Origin: an uncultured Gemmatimonadales bacterium
GTDB taxonomy: Bacteria; Gemmatimonadota; Gemmatimonadetes; Gemmatimonadales; GWC2-71-9
Length of the DNA stretch: 64,000 nt
Direction of reading: 5' to 3'
Assembly: GCA_963825055.1 (NCBI GenBank)
Contig: CAWGSK010000007.1
Location: 1 to 64,000 of the forward strand
Part shown: piece after piece, positions 18,510 to 26,877 of the stretch
Position numbering within the stretch: position 1 is the stretch's first letter
Layout: every line of letters starts with the position of its first letter
Position numbers and translations under genes: made by a program
Notes under the pieces: model-generated
The model's database searches: none
What the model was told of the DNA's origin: nothing
The model's input: only the letters and a program-made list of their open reading frames with translations

Positions 18510-19523
18510 CTACTCCTCCCACTTCTTCCCTTCCACCAGCTCCCGTACCAGGTCCTCACTGGTCCGGTCAGCGGCTTCCGCGGCAAAGTTGCTCACGACG
18601 CGATGCCGGAGCACGGCCAGTGCCACGGTCTTCACGTCCTCCAGGTCCGCCATCGGCCGGCCGGCGAGCGCTGCCCGGGCCTTGGCGCCGAGTACCAGGT
18701 ACTGGGACGCGCGGGGCCCGGCACCCCAGTCCACGTACTCACGGATGAACGCGGGGGATGCCGGGTCGTCCGGGCGGGTCATCCGGGCGAGGCGGACGCT
18801 GCTCCGGATGAGCCCGCGGCTCACGGGAATCCGGCGGACCAGGTCCTGCATGCTGCGCAGCGACTCGGCGTCGAGGATCGGATTCATCTGGACCCGGCGG
18901 TCTCCCGTGGTCTGCTCCACGATGGCTTCCTCCTCCGCTTCAGTCGGGTAGCCCACGCGGAGTTCGAGCATGAACCGGTCGAGCTGGGCCTCGGGCAGCG
19001 GGTACGTGCCTTCCTGCTCGATCGGGTTCTGTGTCGCCAGTACGAAGAAAGGCTCGGGGAGGCGGTATGTCTGGCCGCCGGCGGTCACCATGTGCTCCTG
19101 CATCGCCTGCAGGAGTGCCGCCTGGGTCTTGGGGGGTGTCCGGTTGATCTCGTCGGCCAGGAGGACATTGGCGAAGACGGGCCCCTGCACGAACCGGAAG
19201 GCCCTCTTGCCGGTGGTGAGGTCCTCCTCGATGATCTCGGTGCCGGTGATGTCCCCCGGCATGAGGTCCGGGGTGAACTGGATGCGGTTGAACGAGAGGT
19301 GCATTGCCTCGGCGACGGTCTGGACCATCAGGGTCTTGGCCAGGCCGGGAACCCCGATGAGCAACGCATGGCCGCCGGCCACCACGGCAGTGAGGATGCC
19401 GTTGACCACCTCTTCCTGGCCCACGATGCGCTGGCGCACCTGGCGACGCAGGTCCTCCACCGCGCTGGCCAGTCGCTCGAGCTGCTGGATGTCGTCCTGC
19501 TGCACTGCGGGTGTGGCGGCCAT
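18510..19523 (-). CDS. moxR: MoxR-family AAA+ ATPase
   Basis: GVPGLAKT, RIQFTPDLMPGDITG, LLADEINRTPPKTQAALL, ATQNPIEQEGTYPLPEAQLDRF; start moved to ATG 19523. Confidence 0.93.
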   Translation of the reverse strand: MAATPAVQQDDIQQLERLASAVEDLRRQVRQRIVGQEEVVNGILTAVVAGGHALLIGVPGLAKTLMVQTVAEAMHLSFNRIQFTPDLMPGDITGTEIIEEDLTTGKRAFRFVQGPVFANVLLADEINRTPPKTQAALLQAMQEHMVTAGGQTYRLPEPFFVLATQNPIEQEGTYPLPEAQLDRFMLELRVGYPTEAEEEAIVEQTTGDRRVQMNPILDAESLRSMQDLVRRIPVSRGLIRSSVRLARMTRPDDPASPAFIREYVDWGAGPRASQYLVLGAKARAALAGRPMADLEDVKTVALAVLRHRVVSNFAAEAADRTSEDLVRELVEGKKWEE

Positions 19524-19714
19524 GAATTCCGTAATGGATGGGGCAGGAGGCGGGGAAGCCCATGCCGGGTTAATCAGGATTTGGGAGCCTATTCGCTGGG
19601 TCCAAATCGCTACGCTACAGCAGTTTAGCCCTGTTGAGCCCGTTGGCGCCAGTCGAGGCCTTCCCGGCCGTCCCCGACGAGGCGCCGGACCCCCCGGTTT
19701 CACCCGGGATTTGC

Positions 19715-19743
19715 TTGCGAAAAATTTCACAAGCGGGTAGATT
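19715..19743 (+). promoter_or_regulatory. Sigma70 promoter of the atp operon overlapped by a Rex-box-like palindrome
   Basis: TTGCGA-17 nt-TAGATT; TTGCGAAAAATTTCACAA at 19715-19732 versus the Rex consensus TTGTGAA-N4-TTCACAA. Confidence 0.7.
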
Positions 19744-19755
19744 TGCCCCGGAAAT

Positions 19756-19995
19756 ATGGCCGGATACAATGAGGGGCGCGAGATCGGAGAGGGCTACAAG
19801 TACGTAGCGCTCGGGATCACCTTCGCGGGTGGGATCATTCTATTCATGGCCATAGGGTTCGGGCTCGATCGCCTGCTGGGGACGATGCCCTTCCTGACCA
19901 TCGCGGGCACCCTGGGTGGGGCCGTGCTGAGCTTCTTCTACACGATGGTGAAGCTCAACGCAGACGCGAAGAAGAAGCCTCCGCCGGGCGCGTGA
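19756..19995 (+). CDS. AtpZ/AtpI-family small membrane protein
   Basis: Two TM segments, GFGLDRLLGT.P pattern; first gene of the atp operon. Confidence 0.8.
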   Translation: MAGYNEGREIGEGYKYVALGITFAGGIILFMAIGFGLDRLLGTMPFLTIAGTLGGAVLSFFYTMVKLNADAKKKPPPGA

Positions 19996-20336
19996 GGCGG
20001 ACCATCGCGGTGGGCCTGGCCCTGACGGCGCTGGTGACGGCGGCCCTCGTGGCAGGCTGGGGCGGGGAAGCGGTGGTGCCGGGAGTCGCCTTCGGTGTGA
20101 TCGCCACGGCCCTGCAGGCGCTGGCGGTTCGGACGGTGGAACCGGGCCTGGACAAGCCCATCCATGACTTCATGCGGCGCTGGGCCACCGGTATCGGCCT
20201 CAGGATGGGCGCCATCGTGGTCTTCGCAGTTCTGGTGGCTCTCTGGCCGGAGACGTTTCCGCCGCTGCCCTCGGCGTTCGGTTTGCTCGGGGTTCTTGTT
20301 CCCCTGCTGTTTATGGAGATACGGCTGGCTCGATGA
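19992..20336 (+). CDS. ATP synthase I-like membrane protein
   Basis: Four TM segments; GTGA overlap with the upstream gene; precedes atpB. Confidence 0.7.
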   Translation: MRRTIAVGLALTALVTAALVAGWGGEAVVPGVAFGVIATALQALAVRTVEPGLDKPIHDFMRRWATGIGLRMGAIVVFAVLVALWPETFPPLPSAFGLLGVLVPLLFMEIRLAR

Positions 20337-21190
20337 TGCAGGCACCCAATATCGGCGAAGTCGTCATGCATCACACCGCGGATGCGTGGACGATCGACCT
20401 CTATCCACTGGGCACGATTCCGCTGCCGCGCTGGCCCGACATTCATGTCGCCGGCTATACGCTGAACCTGTCTCCCACGAAGCACGTGGTCTATCTGTTC
20501 GTGGCCGCCGCCCTGGTGTTCCTGTCCATGTGGCTGGCCGGTCGTCAGCTCAAGCAGCAACGCGCACATGAGCGGGCCCCGCGTGGATTCGCGGCTGCCA
20601 TGGAAGCCATGGTGCTCTTCGTGCGCAACGACATGGCCATCGCGAATATCGGCCACGAGAATGGCGCGAAGTTCGCCCCGTTCATCATGGCGCTGTTCTT
20701 CTTCATTCTGTATTCCAACCTGCTGGGTCTCATTCCCTTCGGCGCCACCCCGACGGGCAACCTGGCCGTCACGGCGGCCCTGGCGCTGCTGGTGTTCGCA
20801 ACGGTGGAGATCAGCGGGATGGTGGCGCTGGGCGCCCGGGGGTACCTGCGGACGATCTTCCCCAAGATTCCCGGTATCACCGGCGTGGGCGGGGTCGCGC
20901 TCTCAATCGCCATGGCCCCGATCGAGATCATCAGCAAGCTGGTCAAGCCGTTCGCCCTTTCCGTGCGACTGTTTGGCAACATGACCGCCGGCCACTTCGT
21001 CATCCTGTCCCTCTTCGGCATCATCTTCATCTTCGGCCAGCTGACCATCTGGAACTGGGCGATCGGGACGATGACCGGACTGCTGGTGGTCGGCGTGATG
21101 ATGCTGGAGATCTTCGTCGCGTTCCTGCAGGCCTATGTGTTCGCGCTGCTGTCGGCCGTGTTCATCGGCCTGATGCAGCATGAGCATTAG
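20333..21190 (+). CDS. atpB: F0 subunit a
   Basis: KPFALSVRLFGNMTAGH and LEIFVAFLQAYVFALL. Confidence 0.96.
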   Translation: MMQAPNIGEVVMHHTADAWTIDLYPLGTIPLPRWPDIHVAGYTLNLSPTKHVVYLFVAAALVFLSMWLAGRQLKQQRAHERAPRGFAAAMEAMVLFVRNDMAIANIGHENGAKFAPFIMALFFFILYSNLLGLIPFGATPTGNLAVTAALALLVFATVEISGMVALGARGYLRTIFPKIPGITGVGGVALSIAMAPIEIISKLVKPFALSVRLFGNMTAGHFVILSLFGIIFIFGQLTIWNWAIGTMTGLLVVGVMMLEIFVAFLQAYVFALLSAVFIGLMQHEH

Positions 21191-21244
21191 TAGTGACTGG
21201 TGACTAGTGACTAGTGACTAGTGACTAGTGGCTAGTGACTAGTG
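21191..21244. repeat. Heptamer tandem repeat (TAGTGAC)x7
   Basis: Begins directly after the atpB stop. Confidence 0.9.
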
Positions 21245-21257
21245 CGTGGTGGGGAGG

Positions 21258-21386
21258 TTGCGCTTCGATCCCTGCCGCCTGTAATCCGCCGGATGGCGGA
21301 TGAAGCCCGCTGGTCCTGACGGACCGCTGGCGGGTTACCGGGAGGTGCCGCGCGGGAGACGCGGTGGCCGTGACCGGGAAGCGCGG
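21258..21386 (+). ncRNA. Candidate structured cis-regulatory RNA between atpB and atpE
   Basis: Closing stem TTGCGCTTC/GAAGCGCGG enclosing three hairpins. Confidence 0.45.
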
Positions 21387-21415
21387 ACAACAACTCATCT
21401 CCCACGGAAACAAGG

Positions 21416-21709
21416 ATGTTCAACATGCAGATTCTGGCCATGCTCCAGGATGCGGAAGTTGGGATGAACGTCGTCGCGGCCGCACGGAACAACCTGTCGC
21501 TGATGGGCGCGGCACTTGCGCTGGGCCTCGCCATCATCGGTGCCGGTATCGGACTCGGGCGGATCGGCGGTCAGGCGGCCGAGGCAATCGCCCGCCAGCC
21601 GGAAGCAGTTGCTGATATCCGCGGCACGGCGCTGCTGATCGCGGTTCTCCTCGAGGGCGTGACGATCATCGCGCTGGTGTTTGCCCTCCTGTTCAAGTTC
21701 GTCGCGTAA
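21416..21709 (+). CDS. atpE: F0 subunit c (H+-type)
   Basis: GAGIGLG, ARQPE and LLEGV; lacks the Na+-type Q…E(S/T) signature. Confidence 0.95.
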   Translation: MFNMQILAMLQDAEVGMNVVAAARNNLSLMGAALALGLAIIGAGIGLGRIGGQAAEAIARQPEAVADIRGTALLIAVLLEGVTIIALVFALLFKFVA

Positions 21710-21722
21710 ACCGGAAGGCATC

Positions 21723-22271
21723 ATGGCGATCGTACTGCTCGCAGTCCAGCACGGGGCCGAAGCGGCCCAGGGGCCGCTCTCGCCCTTTGAGGTCAATTTC
21801 GGGATCTTCTTCTGGACCTGGCTGGTCTTCATTGCCCTGTTCCTGCTCCTGAAGAAGTACGCCTTCCCGGCCCTCGTGAAGGCGACCGAGGAACGCGAGC
21901 AGTCGATCGCGCGCCAGGTGGGTGAGGCCGAGCGCCTGCGGGCCGAGGCCGAGGCCGCCCTGGCGGAACAGAAGAAACTGCTGGCCGAGTCCAGGGATTC
22001 TGCGCAGGCGATGATGGCGGACGCCCGGAGTTCGGCGGAGAAGGAGCGGGCTCACCTGCTCCAGAAGGCGCGGGACGAGCAGGAGGCGATGCTCGAGCGG
22101 GCCCGGCGCGAAATCGGCGCCGAGCGTGACCGTGCGGTGGCCGAGCTGCGGCGTGAGGCGGTGGACATCTCGCTTGCGGCCGCGTCCAAGCTCATCGAGA
22201 AGCGGCTGGACCAGGATACCGACCGCCGGCTGGTCGAGGAATACATCAGCAAGCTGGAGCCGGCGCGGTGA
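21723..22271 (+). CDS. atpF: F0 subunit b
   Basis: N-terminal TM (FFWTWLVF…LKKYAFP) followed by a long coiled coil. Confidence 0.94.
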   Translation: MAIVLLAVQHGAEAAQGPLSPFEVNFGIFFWTWLVFIALFLLLKKYAFPALVKATEEREQSIARQVGEAERLRAEAEAALAEQKKLLAESRDSAQAMMADARSSAEKERAHLLQKARDEQEAMLERARREIGAERDRAVAELRREAVDISLAAASKLIEKRLDQDTDRRLVEEYISKLEPAR

Positions 22272-22804
22272 GGTCGGAAACTATCGCGCGGAACTACGCC
22301 GAGGCGGCCTTCGCCCTCGGTGAGAAGAGCGGGCGGACGGAGGAGTACGCCGACCTGCTCGACGCGGTGGCCGCGGCGATCCGGGAAAGCCCGAAGGTCG
22401 AGGCGGTCATGATGTCACCCCGGGTCCCGAAGGCCGGGAAGTCCCGGCTGCTGGAGGCGGCGCTGCCGGATGCCCCGGGCGAGTTCGTGCTGTTCCTGCA
22501 GGCGGTGGTGAAGCGGGGGCGCCAGGGCCTCTTCGGTGAGATCGCCACGGAGTACCTGGCCCTGCTGGACGTGAAGCTCAAGCGGGTCCGCGCCGGCGTC
22601 ACGATGGCCCGCGAGCCCGACGCCGCCACCCGGGACGCCGTGGTCCGCCAGCTCCGCGAGGCGCTGGAGAAGGAAGTCATCGCCACCTTCCGCATCGATC
22701 CCGAGATCCTGGGTGGCGCGGTGGTCCGGGTGGGTGACCGGGTATTCGACGGGTCGGTCCGCCGCCGGATGATTCGGCTGCGTCGCGAGCTGATCGGCCG
22801 CTGA
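22268..22804 (+). CDS. atpH: F1 subunit delta
   Basis: IARNYAEA…, IDPEILGG.VVRVGDRVFDGSV. Confidence 0.95.
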   Translation: MRSETIARNYAEAAFALGEKSGRTEEYADLLDAVAAAIRESPKVEAVMMSPRVPKAGKSRLLEAALPDAPGEFVLFLQAVVKRGRQGLFGEIATEYLALLDVKLKRVRAGVTMAREPDAATRDAVVRQLREALEKEVIATFRIDPEILGGAVVRVGDRVFDGSVRRRMIRLRRELIGR

Positions 22805-22821
22805 ACGAGATGTCGCGGCAT

Positions 22822-22860
22822 GACGCGCCCGGGCCCCGGCCCGGGCGCGTCGTCGTTTCT
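22822..22860 (+). terminator. GC-rich hairpin after atpH (probable terminator)
   Basis: Perfect 14-bp inverted repeat GACGCGCCCGGGCC/GGCCCGGGCGCGTC with a weak T tail. Confidence 0.55.
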
Positions 22861-22938
22861 GCGCCGCTGCTGCCGCATCCCGCCAGCCCGGGCTAGTTTT
22901 GCATTGATCCGCGCCTGTTTCCCTTACCCCACGAGACC

Positions 22939-25938
22939 ATGACCCGGACCACTGCTCTCCTCGCCCTGCTTGCGGTCACGGCCATCCCGATGCCTGGCAC
23001 CGCCCAGGAGCCCGTGACGCCCTACTGGCAGCAGGGGGTCGCCTACGATATCACGGCCCGGCTGGACGAGGCGAGCGGGGTACTGAGCGGGGGCGAAACG
23101 GTCCGCTACACCAACCACTCGCCCGACACCCTGACGACCTTCGCACTGCACCTGTACCTGAACGCGTTCCGGCCCGGTTCCCGCTGGTCGGATGCCGACT
23201 CGGCGGAGGGGCGGCGGCGCTTCAACGATCTCCAGGACCCGGACTACGGGTTCAACCATGTCCGGAACGTCCGGATCACGGGGCAGCGGGTGACCGCCGA
23301 GTATCCCTTCGCACCCGACAGCACGATCGTCCGCTTCACGCTGCCCCGGCCCCTGGCGCCGGGAGCCTCCATGACGGTCGAGATGGAGTGGGATGCGCGT
23401 CCCTCCACGACGCCACGCCGTCAGGGACGGGAAGGGCGGCGATTCGACTTCGCCCAGTGGTATCCCCGGGTGGTCACGTATGATCGCTACGGCTGGGAGG
23501 AGCACCCGCTCTATCCCGCGGGTGAGTTCTACGGGGAGTTCGCGACCTTCACGGTGGACCTGGACGTACCCTCGGACCAGGTGGTCGGGGCCACGGGTGT
23601 TCCGGTGTGCGGCGACCCCGGCTGGGAGTCGGCCAACCAGGCCCCGTCACAGCCCGTGGACTACCAGCGGGACTGGTACGGGGCCGACAGCCCTGGCTGC
23701 CCGACGGCGGCGGCAGGGAACGGACGGAAGCTGGTGCGCTGGTTTGCGAAGGACGTACACCACTTCGCGATGTCCCTCAACCCGGCCTATCGATACGAGG
23801 GTGGACACTACGAGAACGTTGCCGTTCACGTCCTCTATCAGCCGGGCGACGAGAAGAGCTGGGGCAACGGCGTGGCGGTACGGCGCACGGAACTGGCGTT
23901 GCAGTGGCTGAACCAGACATTCGGTGACTACGTGTGGCCCCAGATCACCAACGTGCACCGGATCGAGGGGGGCGGTACCGAGTTCCCCATGATGATCATG
24001 GACGGGTCGGCCAGCCAGGGGCTGATCGTCCACGAGCTGGGCCACAACTATGTCATGGGCATCCTGGCCAACAATGAATGGAAGGAAGGCTTCCTCGACG
24101 AGGGCTTCACCAGCTACCAGACCAGCCGGTTCGGCGAGGAGCACGGAGGTGGCGACGCCTATCCCGGTACCGAGAACTTCGTCCTGAACCTGGACCTGAA
24201 CGGCTGGTCCGAGCCGGTGAGCCTGGTAAGCGAGGACTACCGGAACTTCACGACGTACAACCTGATGATCTACGTGAAGGGCGAGCTGTTCTACCACCAG
24301 CTCCGGTATATCGTTGGCGACTCCGTGATGGCGAAGATCCTCCGGACGTACTACGACCGGTACAAGCTCCACCACGTGAACGAGGATGCCTTCCGGGACG
24401 TCGCCGAGGAGGTCTCGGGCATGGACCTGCACACCTTCTTCGCCCAGTGGCTGCACACGACGGTGCTCTATGACTACGCCGTCGGTGACGTGCGCCGCAC
24501 CAGGCTGGCGGACGGCCGCTGGCGCACGCGGGTGGAGGTCAAGCGGCTCGAGGACGGGATCATGCCCGTGGACGTCGCCTTCATTGCGGACGGCGACACC
24601 ACGCTGGTGCGCGCCCCGGGACGCGACGTGAGCGGCTGGGTGGAGGCGGTGACCGCGCGGAAGCCGGACGAGATCGTCATCGACCCGCGGGTCCGGGCCC
24701 ATGACTGGAACATGCTGAACAACCGGAAGAAGGACGGCTGGATCTTCGGGATGCGCCCGGCCCCGCGGAAGGATCACTACCTGGATCCCGTGTTCTCCAC
24801 CCGGGTGCATCGGGATGAGATCGCCCAGGCGTGGCTCCCGACGGTCTGGTACAACGACGCGGCCGGCGTGACCCTCGGCCTCCGGACACGGTCCAACTAT
24901 CTCGGCATGTTCGAGGACAACATGGCGATCGTGTCGCGCAGCACCGGCTGGTCGGTGGACAGCGACCCGGAAGACTGGAACTGGCGCTTCCGCGTCAGGA
25001 ACCCTCTGCTGCTCCGGAAAGAGGGGGCCACCCAGACGCTGGACGTGTTCGACGAGGAAGGCCGTCGGGGTGCCCTGGTCGAAATGACCCAGGCGGAGAA
25101 CAAGGGCTTCGGCGCCTCCAGCCGCACGGTGCACGGCCTTACGGCCCAGTGGGTCGCAACGCACGACCTGGGTTACCTCGATCCCGGGTACTACGAGGAC
25201 GCGGGAACGCTGGAGGGACAGGCCTGGGTGCGGCACGACGGCCGCCACGGCGCCTGGCGGCTCGGCGCCACGGTGTCACTCGGCGGCGGCGTGGAATACC
25301 TGAACTCGGGCCCGGGCGTCGCCACGGACAAGCGGTTCGATGCTGCCATGTACTTCCGGGGCCATGCCGAGGGGCGGGCCTCGCGCGCACTCGGGAAAGG
25401 CTTCCAGTTCGCGGCCCGTGCGTTCGCGGGCGTGGCGGAGAGCAAAGAGGACGTGGTCAGGCAGCGCCGGTTCTTCCTCGGCGGCGCCGATCCGTACCAG
25501 CAGCTTGGAAATCCGTTCATACGCTCGGTGGGCGCGCCGCTCGCGGGCGAGGACATGTATTACCACGTGCCGGGTGGCGGGAACCTGAGGGGCTTCGACC
25601 CGCGGGTGAGCGCGAACCAGGTCTATGCGATGAACGTGGAGGTCTCGAAGCAGGTGTATGAGCGCCGGGGCGGGCTGTTCAACCAGGTCTCCCTCGCGGC
25701 CTTCGGCGATGCCGCCATGGCCAACGGCGATCTGAATCCTGCCGGCGGGGACGATCTGGATCTCGTGGGCGACGCCGGCGTCGGGCTCCGCATTGCGCAC
25801 CGGATCGGCCAGACCCGCTTCATGACGCGGTTCGACCTGCCACTCTACGTGAGCCGGCCGGCCCTGGCCCAGGATACCCATCCGGGGACGGACCAGGTCG
25901 GGTTCCGCTGGACCTTCAGCTTCGAGCCGGCCTGGTAG
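22939..25938 (+). CDS. Secreted M1-family metallo-aminopeptidase with a C-terminal outer-membrane beta-barrel-like domain
   Basis: Signal peptide, YWQQ, AQWYPR, GGTEFP, HELGH…LDEG; C-terminus has LRGF, GVGLRI and a terminal Trp. Confidence 0.88.
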   Translation: MTRTTALLALLAVTAIPMPGTAQEPVTPYWQQGVAYDITARLDEASGVLSGGETVRYTNHSPDTLTTFALHLYLNAFRPGSRWSDADSAEGRRRFNDLQDPDYGFNHVRNVRITGQRVTAEYPFAPDSTIVRFTLPRPLAPGASMTVEMEWDARPSTTPRRQGREGRRFDFAQWYPRVVTYDRYGWEEHPLYPAGEFYGEFATFTVDLDVPSDQVVGATGVPVCGDPGWESANQAPSQPVDYQRDWYGADSPGCPTAAAGNGRKLVRWFAKDVHHFAMSLNPAYRYEGGHYENVAVHVLYQPGDEKSWGNGVAVRRTELALQWLNQTFGDYVWPQITNVHRIEGGGTEFPMMIMDGSASQGLIVHELGHNYVMGILANNEWKEGFLDEGFTSYQTSRFGEEHGGGDAYPGTENFVLNLDLNGWSEPVSLVSEDYRNFTTYNLMIYVKGELFYHQLRYIVGDSVMAKILRTYYDRYKLHHVNEDAFRDVAEEVSGMDLHTFFAQWLHTTVLYDYAVGDVRRTRLADGRWRTRVEVKRLEDGIMPVDVAFIADGDTTLVRAPGRDVSGWVEAVTARKPDEIVIDPRVRAHDWNMLNNRKKDGWIFGMRPAPRKDHYLDPVFSTRVHRDEIAQAWLPTVWYNDAAGVTLGLRTRSNYLGMFEDNMAIVSRSTGWSVDSDPEDWNWRFRVRNPLLLRKEGATQTLDVFDEEGRRGALVEMTQAENKGFGASSRTVHGLTAQWVATHDLGYLDPGYYEDAGTLEGQAWVRHDGRHGAWRLGATVSLGGGVEYLNSGPGVATDKRFDAAMYFRGHAEGRASRALGKGFQFAARAFAGVAESKEDVVRQRRFFLGGADPYQQLGNPFIRSVGAPLAGEDMYYHVPGGGNLRGFDPRVSANQVYAMNVEVSKQVYERRGGLFNQVSLAAFGDAAMANGDLNPAGGDDLDLVGDAGVGLRIAHRIGQTRFMTRFDLPLYVSRPALAQDTHPGTDQVGFRWTFSFEPAW

Positions 25939-25939
25939 C

Positions 25940-26518
25940 ATGGTACGCTTCGGGGACGGCTCACGGCGCAACTTCCTGAACGACCTGTTCGGCGAATGGG
26001 CCGAGCGGACACTCAAGGCCGCAGAAGAGCGAGTCCAGACCGAGCGGTTCCAGCGTCCTCCGGGCGCCGCGACACCGGAGGTGGCGTTCCTGGCCGCCTG
26101 CACCCGGTGCTCGGCCTGCATCGAGGCCTGCCCCGTCGGGGCGATCCGGGTGGCACCGGCCCGCGCCGGGTTCGCGGCGGGCACGCCATACCTGGACCTG
26201 AACCGGCAGCCATGCGTGGCCTGTCCGGACATGCCGTGCGCCGCCTCCTGCCCGACGGAGGCGCTGACCATACCGGAACACGGCTGGCGGGGCGAGCGTC
26301 TGGGCGTGCTGGAGCTGGTTCCCGAGCGGTGCGTCACCTTCCACGGTTCGGAGTGCCGGGCCTGTGTGGATGCGTGCCCCATCGGGGAGCGGGCGCTGGT
26401 TCAGGATGAGCAGGGCCATCCGTCCATCCGGGCGGAAGGATGCGTCGGTTGCGGGGTGTGCGTACGCGCCTGTATCACCTCGCCCTCCTCGATGCTGCTT
26501 TCACCGCTGGAGCGCTGA
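25940..26518 (+). CDS. 4Fe-4S multicluster ferredoxin (NapF/NapG-like)
   Basis: RPPGA…CTRCSACIEACP, CVAC…CAASCP, CRACVDACP, CVGCGVCVRAC. Confidence 0.88.
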   Translation: MVRFGDGSRRNFLNDLFGEWAERTLKAAEERVQTERFQRPPGAATPEVAFLAACTRCSACIEACPVGAIRVAPARAGFAAGTPYLDLNRQPCVACPDMPCAASCPTEALTIPEHGWRGERLGVLELVPERCVTFHGSECRACVDACPIGERALVQDEQGHPSIRAEGCVGCGVCVRACITSPSSMLLSPLER

Positions 26519-26874
26519 TGCCTGACGTGCCGTACAAGGTGGACAAACCGTGGGGCTACGAATTGATCTGGGCCCGGACCGACCGTTACGTCGGGAAGAT
26601 CCTGCACGTGACGGCCGGCAATGTCCTGAGCCTGCAGTACCACAACCTGAAGGACGAGACGATGCACGTTCTCTCGGGCGAGTTGATCCTGCGGACCCGC
26701 CCCGAGGGAAGCGAGACGCTCGTCTCCCGGCGGTTCATGGCGGGCGAGACGGTCCACATCCCGCCAAAGCTGGTTCACCAGATCGAGGCGGTCCAGGACA
26801 GCGATGTCCTTGAGGCCTCCACTCCTGAACTGGATGACCTGGTCCGCCTCGAGGACCGGTATGGAAGGAGCTGA
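26518..26874 (+). CDS. Cupin (mannose-6-phosphate isomerase-like)
   Basis: KPWGYE, LSLQYH..KDET, DDLVRLEDRYGR. Confidence 0.88.
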   Translation: MPDVPYKVDKPWGYELIWARTDRYVGKILHVTAGNVLSLQYHNLKDETMHVLSGELILRTRPEGSETLVSRRFMAGETVHIPPKLVHQIEAVQDSDVLEASTPELDDLVRLEDRYGRS

Positions 26875-26877
26875 CCC

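Noticed and set aside
21416..21709. Na+-translocating ATP synthase
   Set aside because: Subunit c has LEGV and no Q…E(S/T) sodium-binding signature.
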